Source: an uncultured Spirochaetota bacterium
Lineage (GTDB): Bacteria; Spirochaetota; Spirochaetia; SZUA-6; CAVTHK01
Assembly (NCBI GenBank): GCA_963734495.1
Contig: CAVTHK010000001.1
Coordinates: forward strand, 64,001-128,000
Length of the DNA: 64,000 nucleotides
Direction: 5' to 3'
Shown here: positions 28,876-38,201 of the stretch, one piece after another
Position numbering within the stretch: position 1 is the first letter of the stretch
Layout: the number at the start of each line of letters is the position of its first letter
Translations under genes and position numbers: made by a program
Notes under the pieces: generated by a model
The model's database searches: none
What the model was told of the DNA's origin: nothing
What the model saw: the letters and a program-made list of their open reading frames with translations, nothing else

Positions 28876-29805
28876 ATGGCGAAACGCTCGCGCGCCCCCT
28901 CGGCTGGGAGGCGTCGCAACCTCGATCCGCTGCTTCTGGTGCTTCCCTCCGTCGTCTTCCTCGCGGTCTTCTTCTTTTCTCCCGCTTTCTACAACGTTTG
29001 GTTGAGCCTGCAGGACATCAGCCTGTTTCAGCTCAGCAAAGCCGCCAGGTTCGTGGGCCTGGCGAACTTTCTCGAGCTTTTCCGCGATTCCCGCTTCTGG
29101 CTGGCCCTCGGGAACACCTTCTTCTGGCTCACGGCCGTCACCGTGGCCGCGCGGCTCGCTCTCGGACTGGTGCTTGCCCTGCTGGTCAACAATCCGCTGC
29201 TGCGGCGGCTGCGGCTCTCCTGGCTGGCGCGCAGCATGCTGCTCATCCCGTGGGTGACGCCGCCCGTGGTGGCCGTAGCCGCGTGGCAGTGGCTTCTCCA
29301 TCCCCGTTACGGCGCGGTCAACCAGTTCCTCGTGGGCACCGGGCTCGTTTCGGACGGGGTGCCTTTTCTGGTCCAGACTTCGACGGTCTGGCTCGCCATC
29401 GTCATCATCGTTGTGTGGCGCGAGGTGCCCTTTGTCGCCGTTTCGTTCCTGGCCGGGCTTCAGGGCATCCCGGAGGAGCTCTACGAATCGGCACGCGTAG
29501 AGGGTGCCGGCCGCGCCCAGATCCTGAGGCACATTACGCTGCCGCTTCTCAAACCCGTCGCCACGGTCGTGACGCTCCTCATCACGATCTGGACGTTCAA
29601 CAACTTCCTGTACGTCTGGCTCACCACCCGCGGCGGCCCGGGCAACTTTACCCAGGTGCTGGCCACCGAGATGTACACGCAGGCGTTCACCAATTTCCGG
29701 CTGGGCTACGGGGCGGCCGTGGGCATGGTGATGACGCTGCTCATGCTGGCGTTCTCCCTGGTCTACTTCAAGGGATTGTTCCGCAGAAACGTGGAGAATC
29801 GATGA
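28876..29805 (+). CDS. Carbohydrate ABC transporter permease (MalF-like)
   Basis: FVGLANF, LAGLQGIPEELYESARVEGA, TRGGPG. Confidence 0.92.
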   Translation: MAKRSRAPSAGRRRNLDPLLLVLPSVVFLAVFFFSPAFYNVWLSLQDISLFQLSKAARFVGLANFLELFRDSRFWLALGNTFFWLTAVTVAARLALGLVLALLVNNPLLRRLRLSWLARSMLLIPWVTPPVVAVAAWQWLLHPRYGAVNQFLVGTGLVSDGVPFLVQTSTVWLAIVIIVVWREVPFVAVSFLAGLQGIPEELYESARVEGAGRAQILRHITLPLLKPVATVVTLLITIWTFNNFLYVWLTTRGGPGNFTQVLATEMYTQAFTNFRLGYGAAVGMVMTLLMLAFSLVYFKGLFRRNVENR

Positions 29806-30644
29806 TGTGGCGCGCAGGACGCGATTGGTCGTACTTCGACGCGGCGCTGGTGCTGCTGACGTTCGTCATCCTGGCCGGTCTGGTGTTCCCCTTTGTGTGG
29901 GTCATCCTCACCTCCATCCGAACCGATGCCGACATGTTCACCCGGACCTTTCAGCTCGCGCCCAGGTCCGTGACCTTCGAGAAATACCGCGCACTCTTCG
30001 GGTCCGACTTCATCCGCTACATCGGCAACAGCATCATCGTCAGCACGGTTTCCACTTTCGTTGCGGTGCTCACGGCGCTGCTGGCCGCCTATGCGTTCTC
30101 GCGGCACGTCTTTCGAGCCAGGGGGTTCCTGCTCGGGACCTTCGCCTTCAGCCAGCTTTTTCCCTTTGTCGTCATCCTGACGCCCCTGTACATCCTGTTC
30201 TTCCGTCTCCACCTGGTGAACACGTTTGCCGGGCTGGTCATCGCCTATGTCGCGATCACGCTTCCCTACTGCGTGTACATGCTGATCGGCTACTTTCAGA
30301 GCGTGCCCGTGAGCCTCGACGAAGCCGCCAGAATCGACGGCTGCTCGACGATGCGGATCATCTTCCGCATCGTCCTGCCGATCGCCTGGCCAGGCATCGT
30401 TGCCACGACCGTGTACGCCTTCATACAGGCCTGGAACGAATACCTGTTCGCGCTGACCCTGATGACGGAGAACGAAAAGAAGACCATTCCGGTGGGGCTT
30501 GCGAATTTCTTTGGCGAGTACACCACCGACTGGGGCTCGGTGATGACCGCCTCCGTGATCGCAACGGTTCCCACGGTGGTCTTCTTCCTGTTCATGCAGC
30601 GGCAGCTCGTGTCCGGCCTCGCTGCCGGCGCGGTCAAGCAGTGA
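29802..30644 (+). CDS. Carbohydrate ABC transporter permease (MalG-like)
   Basis: ATGA overlap with the previous gene; SLDEAARIDGC, AWNEYLFA, GLAAGAVKQ. Confidence 0.92.
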   Translation: MMWRAGRDWSYFDAALVLLTFVILAGLVFPFVWVILTSIRTDADMFTRTFQLAPRSVTFEKYRALFGSDFIRYIGNSIIVSTVSTFVAVLTALLAAYAFSRHVFRARGFLLGTFAFSQLFPFVVILTPLYILFFRLHLVNTFAGLVIAYVAITLPYCVYMLIGYFQSVPVSLDEAARIDGCSTMRIIFRIVLPIAWPGIVATTVYAFIQAWNEYLFALTLMTENEKKTIPVGLANFFGEYTTDWGSVMTASVIATVPTVVFFLFMQRQLVSGLAAGAVKQ

Positions 30645-30654
30645 GGTGTCTGCC

Positions 30655-32058
30655 ATGAGTGATGTACCGAAAAGGCCCAACGTCCTCTTCCTGCTCACCG
30701 ATGATCAGCGCTTCGACACGATACGCCGCCTGGGCCGCCCGCGCATGCACACGCCCGGCATGGACTATCTGAGCGCGCGGGGCGTTGCGTTCGAGAACGC
30801 CTACATCATGGGCGGCACGTGTCAAGCGGTCTGCATGCCGTCGCGCGCCATGCTCAACACCGGAAGGACCATGTTTCACATCCAGGGAGACGGCGAGGAC
30901 GTCCCGGCCGGCCACGTCCTCATGGGTGAGCATTTCCGCAAGGAGGGCTACACGACCTTTGTGACCGGCAAGTGGCACAACGGACCCGCCGCCCTGGCGC
31001 GGAGCTTTTCCTGCGGCGACGAGATCTTCTTCGGTGGCATGGACGACCACTGGAACGTGCCGGCCTGCCGCTTCGCGCCCGCGGGGGCCTACCCGGTTCC
31101 CAGGCCGCACCGCTGGGACCCGGGCACGGGGACCGTCACCGAGATCCCCAAACAATACGACCACATCACGCCCGGCAGGCATTCGACCGACCTCTTCGCC
31201 GACGCGGCCATCGACTTTATCGGGAGCTGGGACGAGTCGACTCCGTTCTTCGCGTACGTGGCCTTTATGGCCCCGCACGACCCGCGCACGATGCCTCAAG
31301 CGTTCCTCAACCTGTACGACGCGGATGCCGTCGAGCTGCCCGACAGCTTCATGCCTGAGCACCCCTTTGACAACGGGGAGATGGACGTAAGGGACGAGCT
31401 GCTCGCGGCGAAGCCGCGGCAGCCGCGTGAGATCAGGCGGCACCTCGCGGACTACTACGCCATGATCTCGCACCTGGACGCCGCGATCGGGCGAATTCTG
31501 GACGCGCTCAAGGCGAAGCACGCGCTCGAGAACACCATCATCGTGCTGACGGGAGACAACGGTCTTGCGATCGGCAGGCACGGCCTGATGGGCAAACAGA
31601 GCCTGTACGACCACAGCGTCCACGTCCCGCTGATCATCGCCGGGCCCGGCGTGCCGACTGACGAGCGGCGCGCTCAGCCGTGCTACCTGATCGACCTGTT
31701 TCCGACGCTGTGCGAGCTGACCGGGATCCCCATCCCCGCCACTGTGGACGGGAAGAGCCTCGCGGGGGCGCTGCATTCCATCCGTGCCGTTCACCGCGAA
31801 TCGCTGCACTTCGCCTACCGGCATCTGCACCGCGGCGTCATGAAGGATGGCCTGAAGCTGATCGAGTACTGCGTGGGCCGGCAGCGGCACACCCAGCTCT
31901 TCGACCTGACCCGCGACCCCTGGGAGCTCGCGAATCTCGCACGGCGGCCCGAGCGCAGCGGGGAGCTCAACGAGATGCGGCGGGAGCTCGCCGCGTGGCA
32001 GACCGCTTACGAGGATCCGTCGCCGGATTTTCGGGCTCTCTATCGGGACTGGGCGTAG
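30655..32058 (+). CDS. Sulfatase (choline-sulfatase-like, Cys-type)
   Basis: PNVLFLLTDDQR, VCMPSRAMLNTG (CxPxR), GKWH, APHDP, GDNG, HGLMGKQSLY. Confidence 0.92.
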   Translation: MSDVPKRPNVLFLLTDDQRFDTIRRLGRPRMHTPGMDYLSARGVAFENAYIMGGTCQAVCMPSRAMLNTGRTMFHIQGDGEDVPAGHVLMGEHFRKEGYTTFVTGKWHNGPAALARSFSCGDEIFFGGMDDHWNVPACRFAPAGAYPVPRPHRWDPGTGTVTEIPKQYDHITPGRHSTDLFADAAIDFIGSWDESTPFFAYVAFMAPHDPRTMPQAFLNLYDADAVELPDSFMPEHPFDNGEMDVRDELLAAKPRQPREIRRHLADYYAMISHLDAAIGRILDALKAKHALENTIIVLTGDNGLAIGRHGLMGKQSLYDHSVHVPLIIAGPGVPTDERRAQPCYLIDLFPTLCELTGIPIPATVDGKSLAGALHSIRAVHRESLHFAYRHLHRGVMKDGLKLIEYCVGRQRHTQLFDLTRDPWELANLARRPERSGELNEMRRELAAWQTAYEDPSPDFRALYRDWA

Positions 32059-32132
32059 GCATCATCGCCGGGTCGGAGACGGGCCGCGCTTTCCTTGACA
32101 CCGGCGCCCCACAGCGTTCATCCTCGCGGCCG

Positions 32133-32528
32133 ATGGCAAACCGGAAGGACACGTTCGTCCTGTACGATCTCAAGGTCGAGACACGGAAGGGGCGCCGCCC
32201 CTTTGTCTGCAGCCACCGCGCGGGCGATTCGTTCCTCGTCGTGGGCGAGAACATCGTGTTTCCGGCCGGCGGGAGCTTCTCGCTGTACGCGTTGAGCGCG
32301 CTGCTGCCCCTTCTGCCTGCGAAGCAGCGGCTGACGCACGCCCACGACTGGATGACCACCGACACGGACATCGCCTGCCCGGACCCGAACTGCGGCGCGG
32401 TCTTCCGCATCACGCGCGTGGGCAGGAGGACTTTCAGCCACGCGGCGACGACCGCGGTGCCGCTCCCGCGGCCGCTTCCGCGGAAGCGCGCGGCGAGCCG
32501 TGCGAGCCGTGCGAGGCGCCGCCCATGA
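32133..32528 (+). CDS. TIGR04076-family small Cys-containing protein
   Basis: LYDLKVE...CSH...FSLYALSALLPLLPAKQR...DWM...ACPDPNCG; ATGA-coupled to the aldo/keto reductase. Confidence 0.75.
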   Translation: MANRKDTFVLYDLKVETRKGRRPFVCSHRAGDSFLVVGENIVFPAGGSFSLYALSALLPLLPAKQRLTHAHDWMTTDTDIACPDPNCGAVFRITRVGRRTFSHAATTAVPLPRPLPRKRAASRASRARRRP

Positions 32529-33607
32529 GCGCGCCCGTCGAGCGCTTCGCTCTCGCCCCGGACTACTCCGTCTGCCGCATCCTCAACGGCGGGTGGCAGC
32601 TCTCGACGGGACACTGGCTCAAGGGGACGGTCGACCGCGAGGCCGCGCTCGCCGCGATGAACGAGGCGGCGGACGCGGGCTTCACGACCTTCGACTGCGC
32701 GGACATCTACACGGGAGTCGAGGAGCTCATCGGCGAGCTCATCCGCCGCCGGCGCGCCGCCGGCCGTCCCGCCGGCGAGATTCAGGTGCACACGAAGCTC
32801 GTGCCCGACCGCTCCGATCTCGCGCGAGTCGACGCCCGCACCGTCGAGGCGATCGTCGATCGCTCGCTCGCGCGCCTGGGAGTCGAGCGGCTCGACCTGG
32901 TGCAGTTTCACTGGTGGGACTACGACGTGCCCGGCTTTGTCGAGGCCGCGCTCGCCCTCGACCGCCTGCGCGCGGCGGGCAAGGTGCGCCTCGTCGCGCT
33001 CACCAACTTCGACACGGGCCACGCCGCCCGCATCCTGGACGCCGGGGTGAAGGTCGCGTCCATCCAGGTCCAGTACTCGCTTCTCGACCGCAGGCCGGAG
33101 CACGGGCTCCTCGATCTCTGCCGCCAACGCGGCGTCATGCTCTTCTGCTACGGCTCGCTCGCCGGCGGCTTCGTCTCGGAAAAGTGGCTCGGCCTGCCGG
33201 CGCCCTCGGACCTCGACAACCGCTCGCTCGTGAAGTACCGCCTGATCATCGAGGAACTGGGCGGCTGGGATGCGTTCCAGGAGCTGCTGCGCGAGCTCGC
33301 CGCCGTCGCCTCGCGCCACGGCGTCTCCCCGAGCGCGGTCGCAACCCGCTGGGTGCTCGACCGGCCGGGGGTCGCGGGCGTCATCGTCGGCATGCGGTCG
33401 AGCCGCCACATCGCGGCGAACCGTGCCGTCTTCGGGCTGGCGCTCGACGACGCCGACCGCCGGCGCCTCGACGCCTGGCTCGCCCGCCACCCCGGCCCGC
33501 CCGGCGACACCTTCGGTCTGGAGCGGGTCAAGGGCGGCCGCCACTCTTCGATCCTGAAGACCGACTTAGGCGGTCGCCCGGCAGCGCCTCAGACCCCGCC
33601 GAGATAG
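32525..33607 (+). CDS. Aldo/keto reductase
   Basis: GGWQL, FDCADIY (Asp/Tyr), VHTK (Lys), LDLVQFHWW (His), VQYSLLDRRP. Confidence 0.92.
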   Translation: MSAPVERFALAPDYSVCRILNGGWQLSTGHWLKGTVDREAALAAMNEAADAGFTTFDCADIYTGVEELIGELIRRRRAAGRPAGEIQVHTKLVPDRSDLARVDARTVEAIVDRSLARLGVERLDLVQFHWWDYDVPGFVEAALALDRLRAAGKVRLVALTNFDTGHAARILDAGVKVASIQVQYSLLDRRPEHGLLDLCRQRGVMLFCYGSLAGGFVSEKWLGLPAPSDLDNRSLVKYRLIIEELGGWDAFQELLRELAAVASRHGVSPSAVATRWVLDRPGVAGVIVGMRSSRHIAANRAVFGLALDDADRRRLDAWLARHPGPPGDTFGLERVKGGRHSSILKTDLGGRPAAPQTPPR

Positions 33608-34302
33608 GCAGCCTGCACGGCGGGGTTCTCCAGGAGCTCGCTGCCCGTGCCTGAAAGGATGATGGAGCCGACCTCGAGAACGTAGCCGCGGTGAGCAGCC
33701 GCGAGCGCCTTGCGCGCGTTCTGCTCCACGAGAAGGACCGTGACCCCCCGGCTGTTCAGGCGCTTTACCACGTCGAACACCGAAGCCACCAGGTTGGGCG
33801 CCAGGCCGAGCGAGGGCTCGTCCAGCATCAGGAGCCGCGGCCTCGCCATCAGGGCGCGGCCGAGCGCGAGCATCTGCTGCTCCCCGCCGGAGAGCGTGCG
33901 GGCCTGCTGCCGCCGCCGCTCCTCCAGGCGCGGGAACAGCGCGTACACCTCGCCCTTGTCACGCCTGATCTCGCTCCCGCCCGCGCCCCTCGGCGCTCCG
34001 ACGAGCAGGTTCTCCTCGACCGTGAGCCTGCCAAAGACCTGCCGGCCTTCGGGGCAGTGGACGAGGCGGCGCTCGACGATCGCGCGAGGCTCACACCGCG
34101 TGATGTCCTCGCCGCCGAACTCGATGCGTCCGGAGCGCCGCGGCAGCAGGCCCGAAAGCGCGCGCAGCGTCGTCGACTTGCCGGCGCCGTTGGCGCCGAT
34201 GACAGCCACGACTTCGCCCTCGTCCACGCTGAAGCTCACTCCCTTCAGCGCCAGGTGCTCTCCATAGCTGACGGCGAGGTCCTCAACCTGCAGGAGCGGC
34301 AT
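33589..34302 (-). CDS. livF: Branched-chain amino acid ABC transporter ATP-binding protein
   Basis: GANGAGKST, PEGRQVF, LSGGEQQML, LDEPSLGLAP, VEQN. Confidence 0.92.
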   Translation of the reverse strand: MPLLQVEDLAVSYGEHLALKGVSFSVDEGEVVAVIGANGAGKSTTLRALSGLLPRRSGRIEFGGEDITRCEPRAIVERRLVHCPEGRQVFGRLTVEENLLVGAPRGAGGSEIRRDKGEVYALFPRLEERRRQQARTLSGGEQQMLALGRALMARPRLLMLDEPSLGLAPNLVASVFDVVKRLNSRGVTVLLVEQNARKALAAAHRGYVLEVGSIILSGTGSELLENPAVQAAYLGGV

Positions 34303-35068
34303 CGGCCTCCTCCCCCAGATACGAGGCGATCACCCGGCGGTCCGCCCGCACATCGGCGGGGTCGCCCTCCGCGATCTTGCGGCCGTGGTCCAGCACGGCG
34401 ATCCTGTCCGAGATCCCCATGACCATGCGCATGTCGTGCTCGATGAGCAGCACCGTCTTCCCGCGGTCGCGGATCCTGCGCACGAGCGCCATCAGCGCCT
34501 CGGTCTCGGACGCGTTGAGCCCCGCGGCCGGCTCGTCGAGCATCACGAGAGCGGGCTCGGTGGCGAGGGCGCGCGCGATCTCGACCGCCTTCTGCTCGCC
34601 GTAGGCGAGCTGCCGCGCCACCGCCGACTCCCGGCCCGCGAGCCCGACGAACGCCGCGAGCTCGCGCGCCCGCGCCTCCGCCTCGCGCTCCTCGCGCCGC
34701 GCCAGCCCCGAGTTGAGGACGCTGGCAAAGAGCCCCGTGGTCGTGCGCAGGATGCAGCCGGACATGATGTTCTGCAGAACCGTGAACGCCGGGAACACCC
34801 GCACGTTCTGCCACGTCCTCGCCACGCCGAGCCTCACGATTTCGTGCTGCGGGAGTCCGTCGACGCGGATGCCGCGAAAGCGCGCCTCGCCCGCGGCCAG
34901 CGGCACGAATGCCGCGATCGCGTTGAACAGCGTGGTCTTGCCCGCCCCGTTCGGGCCGATTACCGAAAAGATCTCGCCCTCGCGGACCTCCAGAGACACG
35001 TCGTCGACGGCCTTGAGGCCTCCGAAGCGGACTTCGACATGGGCAAGCTCGAGGATCGCCCATCTCAC
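34283..35068 (-). CDS. livG: Branched-chain amino acid ABC transporter ATP-binding protein
   Basis: GPNGAGKTT, LAYGEQK, LDEPAAGLN, IEHDM. Confidence 0.92.
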   Translation of the reverse strand: MRWAILELAHVEVRFGGLKAVDDVSLEVREGEIFSVIGPNGAGKTTLFNAIAAFVPLAAGEARFRGIRVDGLPQHEIVRLGVARTWQNVRVFPAFTVLQNIMSGCILRTTTGLFASVLNSGLARREEREAEARARELAAFVGLAGRESAVARQLAYGEQKAVEIARALATEPALVMLDEPAAGLNASETEALMALVRRIRDRGKTVLLIEHDMRMVMGISDRIAVLDHGRKIAEGDPADVRADRRVIASYLGEEADAAPAG

Positions 35069-36042
35069 CCACGCCCCGCTGCCCTGAGGTTTCCTTCGTA
35101 CTCGCGCCTGACCGCCTCACTCGGCACGAGGCCCTGAGGCCGGAAGATCATGAACAGGACGAAGGCGAGCCCGTAGAAGAACATCCGGAAATCGGAGAAG
35201 CGGCGCAGCAGCTCGGGGAGAAAGGTCAGCAGCGCCGTGCCCGTAAGCGTTCCCGCCACGCTGCCGAGCCCTCCGAGCACGACCATGCACATGACGGTCA
35301 CGGTCTCCGAGAAGACGAAGCTCTCGGGGCTCACGAACCCCTGGTACGAGGCGAACAGCGCTCCGGCGACCGCCGCATAGGCACCGCCGATTGCGGAGGC
35401 GATGATCTTCATCAGGCGCGTGTCGATCCCGATCGAGGCGGCCGCGTCCTCGTCCTCGCGCACGCACGCAAACGAGCGGCCGAGCTTGGACTGCAGGAGC
35501 CGCCCGCTGAAGTAGACCCCGAACGCCAGCGCCGCCAGAGCGAGGTAGTAGAAGGACCGCGAATCCGAGAGCGCGAGCCCGAAGAGCGCGGGCGGGTCTA
35601 TGCCGGAGATCCCTTTGGGACCGCCGGTCAGAGCGTCCGCGTTATTGACCACGACGCGCAGCATCTCGGCGAATCCGAGGGTTGTCACTGCGAGGTAGTC
35701 GCCCTTGAGCCGCGAAGTGAGAAAGGCGATCCCGGCGGCGACCACCGCCCCGAGCCCGATGCAGGCGGCGACCAGTGGGACAAAGGGAACATGGATGCCG
35801 AAGCGATCGGAGGCGAGGAGAGCGTACGCATAGGCGCCTACGCAGTAGTAGGCGACGTACCCGATGTTGAGGATGCCCGCGTAGCCCACGATGATGTTGA
35901 GCCCGAGGGCGAACACCCCCGCGATCAGAGCGCTGATCAGCACGCGCAGGACGTATCCGCTGGAGGCCAGGGGGAGCGCGAGCATCACGACCGCGGCCGC
36001 GGCGACCAGGATGAAGCGCAGACGCGGGGCGGCGACCTTCAT
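35065..36042 (-). CDS. livM: Branched-chain amino acid ABC transporter permease
   Basis: LGLNIIVGYAG, RLKGDYLAVTTLGFAE, VLGGLGS, RPQGL. Confidence 0.92.
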   Translation of the reverse strand: MKVAAPRLRFILVAAAAVVMLALPLASSGYVLRVLISALIAGVFALGLNIIVGYAGILNIGYVAYYCVGAYAYALLASDRFGIHVPFVPLVAACIGLGAVVAAGIAFLTSRLKGDYLAVTTLGFAEMLRVVVNNADALTGGPKGISGIDPPALFGLALSDSRSFYYLALAALAFGVYFSGRLLQSKLGRSFACVREDEDAAASIGIDTRLMKIIASAIGGAYAAVAGALFASYQGFVSPESFVFSETVTVMCMVVLGGLGSVAGTLTGTALLTFLPELLRRFSDFRMFFYGLAFVLFMIFRPQGLVPSEAVRREYEGNLRAAGRG

Positions 36043-36962
36043 CCTCGTTCTCCAAAGAGCCCCTGAGGCCTGACCAGCAGCATGACGATCAGGAGCAGGA
36101 ACGAGAAGGCGTCCTTGTACTCCGGCCCCACGGCTCCGCCGGTGAGCACGGGGAGCAGGCCCGCGCCCACGTTCTCAGCGATGCCGAGCAGCAGGCCGCC
36201 GGCCATCGCGCCCGTGATGCTTCCGATGCCGCCGAGCACCGTGGCGACAAAGGCCTTGATGCCGACGAGGTAGCCCATCGAGTAGCCGGCCGTGCCGTAG
36301 TAGAGCCCGTAGAGCACGCCGGCGGCGCCGCCGAGCGCAGGCCCGATGAAGAAGATGCGGGTCATCACCGCGCGGGCGCTGATGCCCATGAGCTCGGCGG
36401 CCATGCGGTTCTCCGCCACGGCGCGGATGCGAAGCCCGAAGCGCGTGCGGTTGAAGAGAACATAGAGAGCCGCCATCAGCACCGCGGCGGCCCCGACGAT
36501 GACGAGCTGGACGGAGGTGACCGTGAAGCGACCCAGGTGGTACAGGCTCACGCGGATCAGCTCCGGAAAGAACACGTTGCGCTTGCCGGCGACGAGCATG
36601 ACCGCGTTCTGGATCACGATCGAGGCGCCGAGGACGCTGATGAGCTGCGCGAGCCTGGTCGAGCGGGCGACCGGGCGGTACGCCAGACGCTCGACCAGCA
36701 CGCCGGCCGCGCCCGTGCCGGCCATAGCGAGCGCTGTGACGGCCAGCACCGCCGCGCCCGCCCCCGCTCCGGCGAGCCCGGGCACGAGCCTCACGGCGAG
36801 GAGCGCCGCGCCCGTGCCGAGGTAGGCACCGAGCATGAACAGGTCGCCGTGGGCGAAATTGAACAGCCGGAGTACGCCGTAGACCACGGCGTACCCCAGC
36901 GCGACGATCGCGTAGATGCTTCCGAGGATCAGGCCGTTCGCGAGCTGCTGGAAGAGATCCAT
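36039..36962 (-). CDS. livH: Branched-chain amino acid ABC transporter permease
   Basis: QQLANGLILGSIYA...NFAHGD, KAFVATVLGGIGS, RPQGLFG. Confidence 0.92.
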   Translation of the reverse strand: MDLFQQLANGLILGSIYAIVALGYAVVYGVLRLFNFAHGDLFMLGAYLGTGAALLAVRLVPGLAGAGAGAAVLAVTALAMAGTGAAGVLVERLAYRPVARSTRLAQLISVLGASIVIQNAVMLVAGKRNVFFPELIRVSLYHLGRFTVTSVQLVIVGAAAVLMAALYVLFNRTRFGLRIRAVAENRMAAELMGISARAVMTRIFFIGPALGGAAGVLYGLYYGTAGYSMGYLVGIKAFVATVLGGIGSITGAMAGGLLLGIAENVGAGLLPVLTGGAVGPEYKDAFSFLLLIVMLLVRPQGLFGERG

Positions 36963-36983
36963 CAAACGGCCCGATCCGCGCCT

Positions 36984-38099
36984 CTAGAAGAAGCCCTTGA
37001 ACGTGAACTGGCCGGCCTTGACCTCGTACACCGGGAACCGGTCGAGCGCGAGCTGTCCGCTCTTGTCGAACTGGTAGCTGTGCAGAGTTCCCTTGAACGT
37101 GCCGGCGTGCAGGGCCTGGATCACTTTCTCGCCGTCCGCGCTCTTGGCCTTCTCGATGGCCTGGAGGAGCAGCAGGGCCGCGTCGTAGCCGTACTCGCCG
37201 AGGATCGTGTCCTGGTTGTAGGTCTTCTTGTACGAATCGACGAAGGCCTTGAGCTCCGGCGTGCTGTCGAGCGGCGGGGCCGGGAAGGAGACGATGGCGC
37301 CCTCCGCGTTCTTCTCGCCCGCGGTCTTGATGAACTCGCCGCCGTAGCAGGAGTCCGGCGCCAGGAACAGCGCCTTGCTGCCGAGCTCGCGGAGCTGCTT
37401 GAGGATCAGGCCGCCTTCGGTGTAGACGCCGCCAAAGTACACGGCGTCCGGATTCTCGCCCTTGACCTTGGTGAGCACCGCCTTGAAGTCGAGCTCGCCG
37501 GGGGTGATGCCGTTGACGCTGCTCACGGCGGCCCCCGCGGCCTTCGCGGCCTTTTCGAACTCGCCCGCCACGCCCTGGCCGAAGGCCTGCTTGTCGTGGA
37601 TGATGGCGACTTTCTTGAGCTTGAGGTTGGCCACCGCGGCCTTGGCCATCGAGCCGCCCTGCACGATGTCGCTCTGGTTCAGCGAGAACACGTTGTCGAA
37701 GCCCTTGCCCGTCACGTCGGGGTTCGAGGCCGGCGTCACCTGCGGGATGCGCGCCTTGTTGTAGATCGGCGTCGTCGGGATCGTGGTGCCCGAGGTGAAG
37801 TGCCCCACGACACCGCTGACCTTCTTGTCGACGAACTGCTGCGCCACCAGGGTCGCCTGCTTCGGGTCGGCCATGTCATCGATGGCCACGAGCTCGATCT
37901 TCTTGCCGAGCACTCCGCCCTTCGCGTTGTACTCGCTCACGGCAAGCTTCGCGCCGTTGACGAAGTCCTGGCCGACGGCCGCGGAGTTCCCCGTCGTCGG
38001 AGCGGCGACGCCGATCTGGATCATGGCGCTCTTTCCGCCGCCGCAGGCGGCGAGGACGAGCCCGACCGCCGCGAGGGCGATCACGAGACGTCTGGTCAT
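36984..38099 (-). CDS. Branched-chain amino acid ABC transporter substrate-binding lipoprotein (LivK/LivJ-like)
   Basis: Lipobox LAAC; NAKGGVLG, VVGHFTSG, HDKQAFGQG, YGYDA. Confidence 0.92.
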   Translation of the reverse strand: MTRRLVIALAAVGLVLAACGGGKSAMIQIGVAAPTTGNSAAVGQDFVNGAKLAVSEYNAKGGVLGKKIELVAIDDMADPKQATLVAQQFVDKKVSGVVGHFTSGTTIPTTPIYNKARIPQVTPASNPDVTGKGFDNVFSLNQSDIVQGGSMAKAAVANLKLKKVAIIHDKQAFGQGVAGEFEKAAKAAGAAVSSVNGITPGELDFKAVLTKVKGENPDAVYFGGVYTEGGLILKQLRELGSKALFLAPDSCYGGEFIKTAGEKNAEGAIVSFPAPPLDSTPELKAFVDSYKKTYNQDTILGEYGYDAALLLLQAIEKAKSADGEKVIQALHAGTFKGTLHSYQFDKSGQLALDRFPVYEVKAGQFTFKGFF

Positions 38100-38132
38100 C
38101 AATAGCTCCTTTCGCGATGTGCGAACTCGCGC

Positions 38133-38162
38133 ATGTTACTATATGTAGAAACATAGGGTCAA
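38133..38162 (-). promoter_or_regulatory. Promoter with overlapping imperfect palindrome upstream of the liv operon
   Basis: Minus strand TTGACC (38162-38157), 18 nt, TAACAT (38138-38133). Palindrome ATGTTACTATATGTAGAAACAT (38133-38154), 18 of 22 positions self-complementary. Confidence 0.6.
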
Positions 38163-38201
38163 GGGAGCGCGTGGACGCCTGTCAAGGCCGCCCCTCAGGG
38201 C

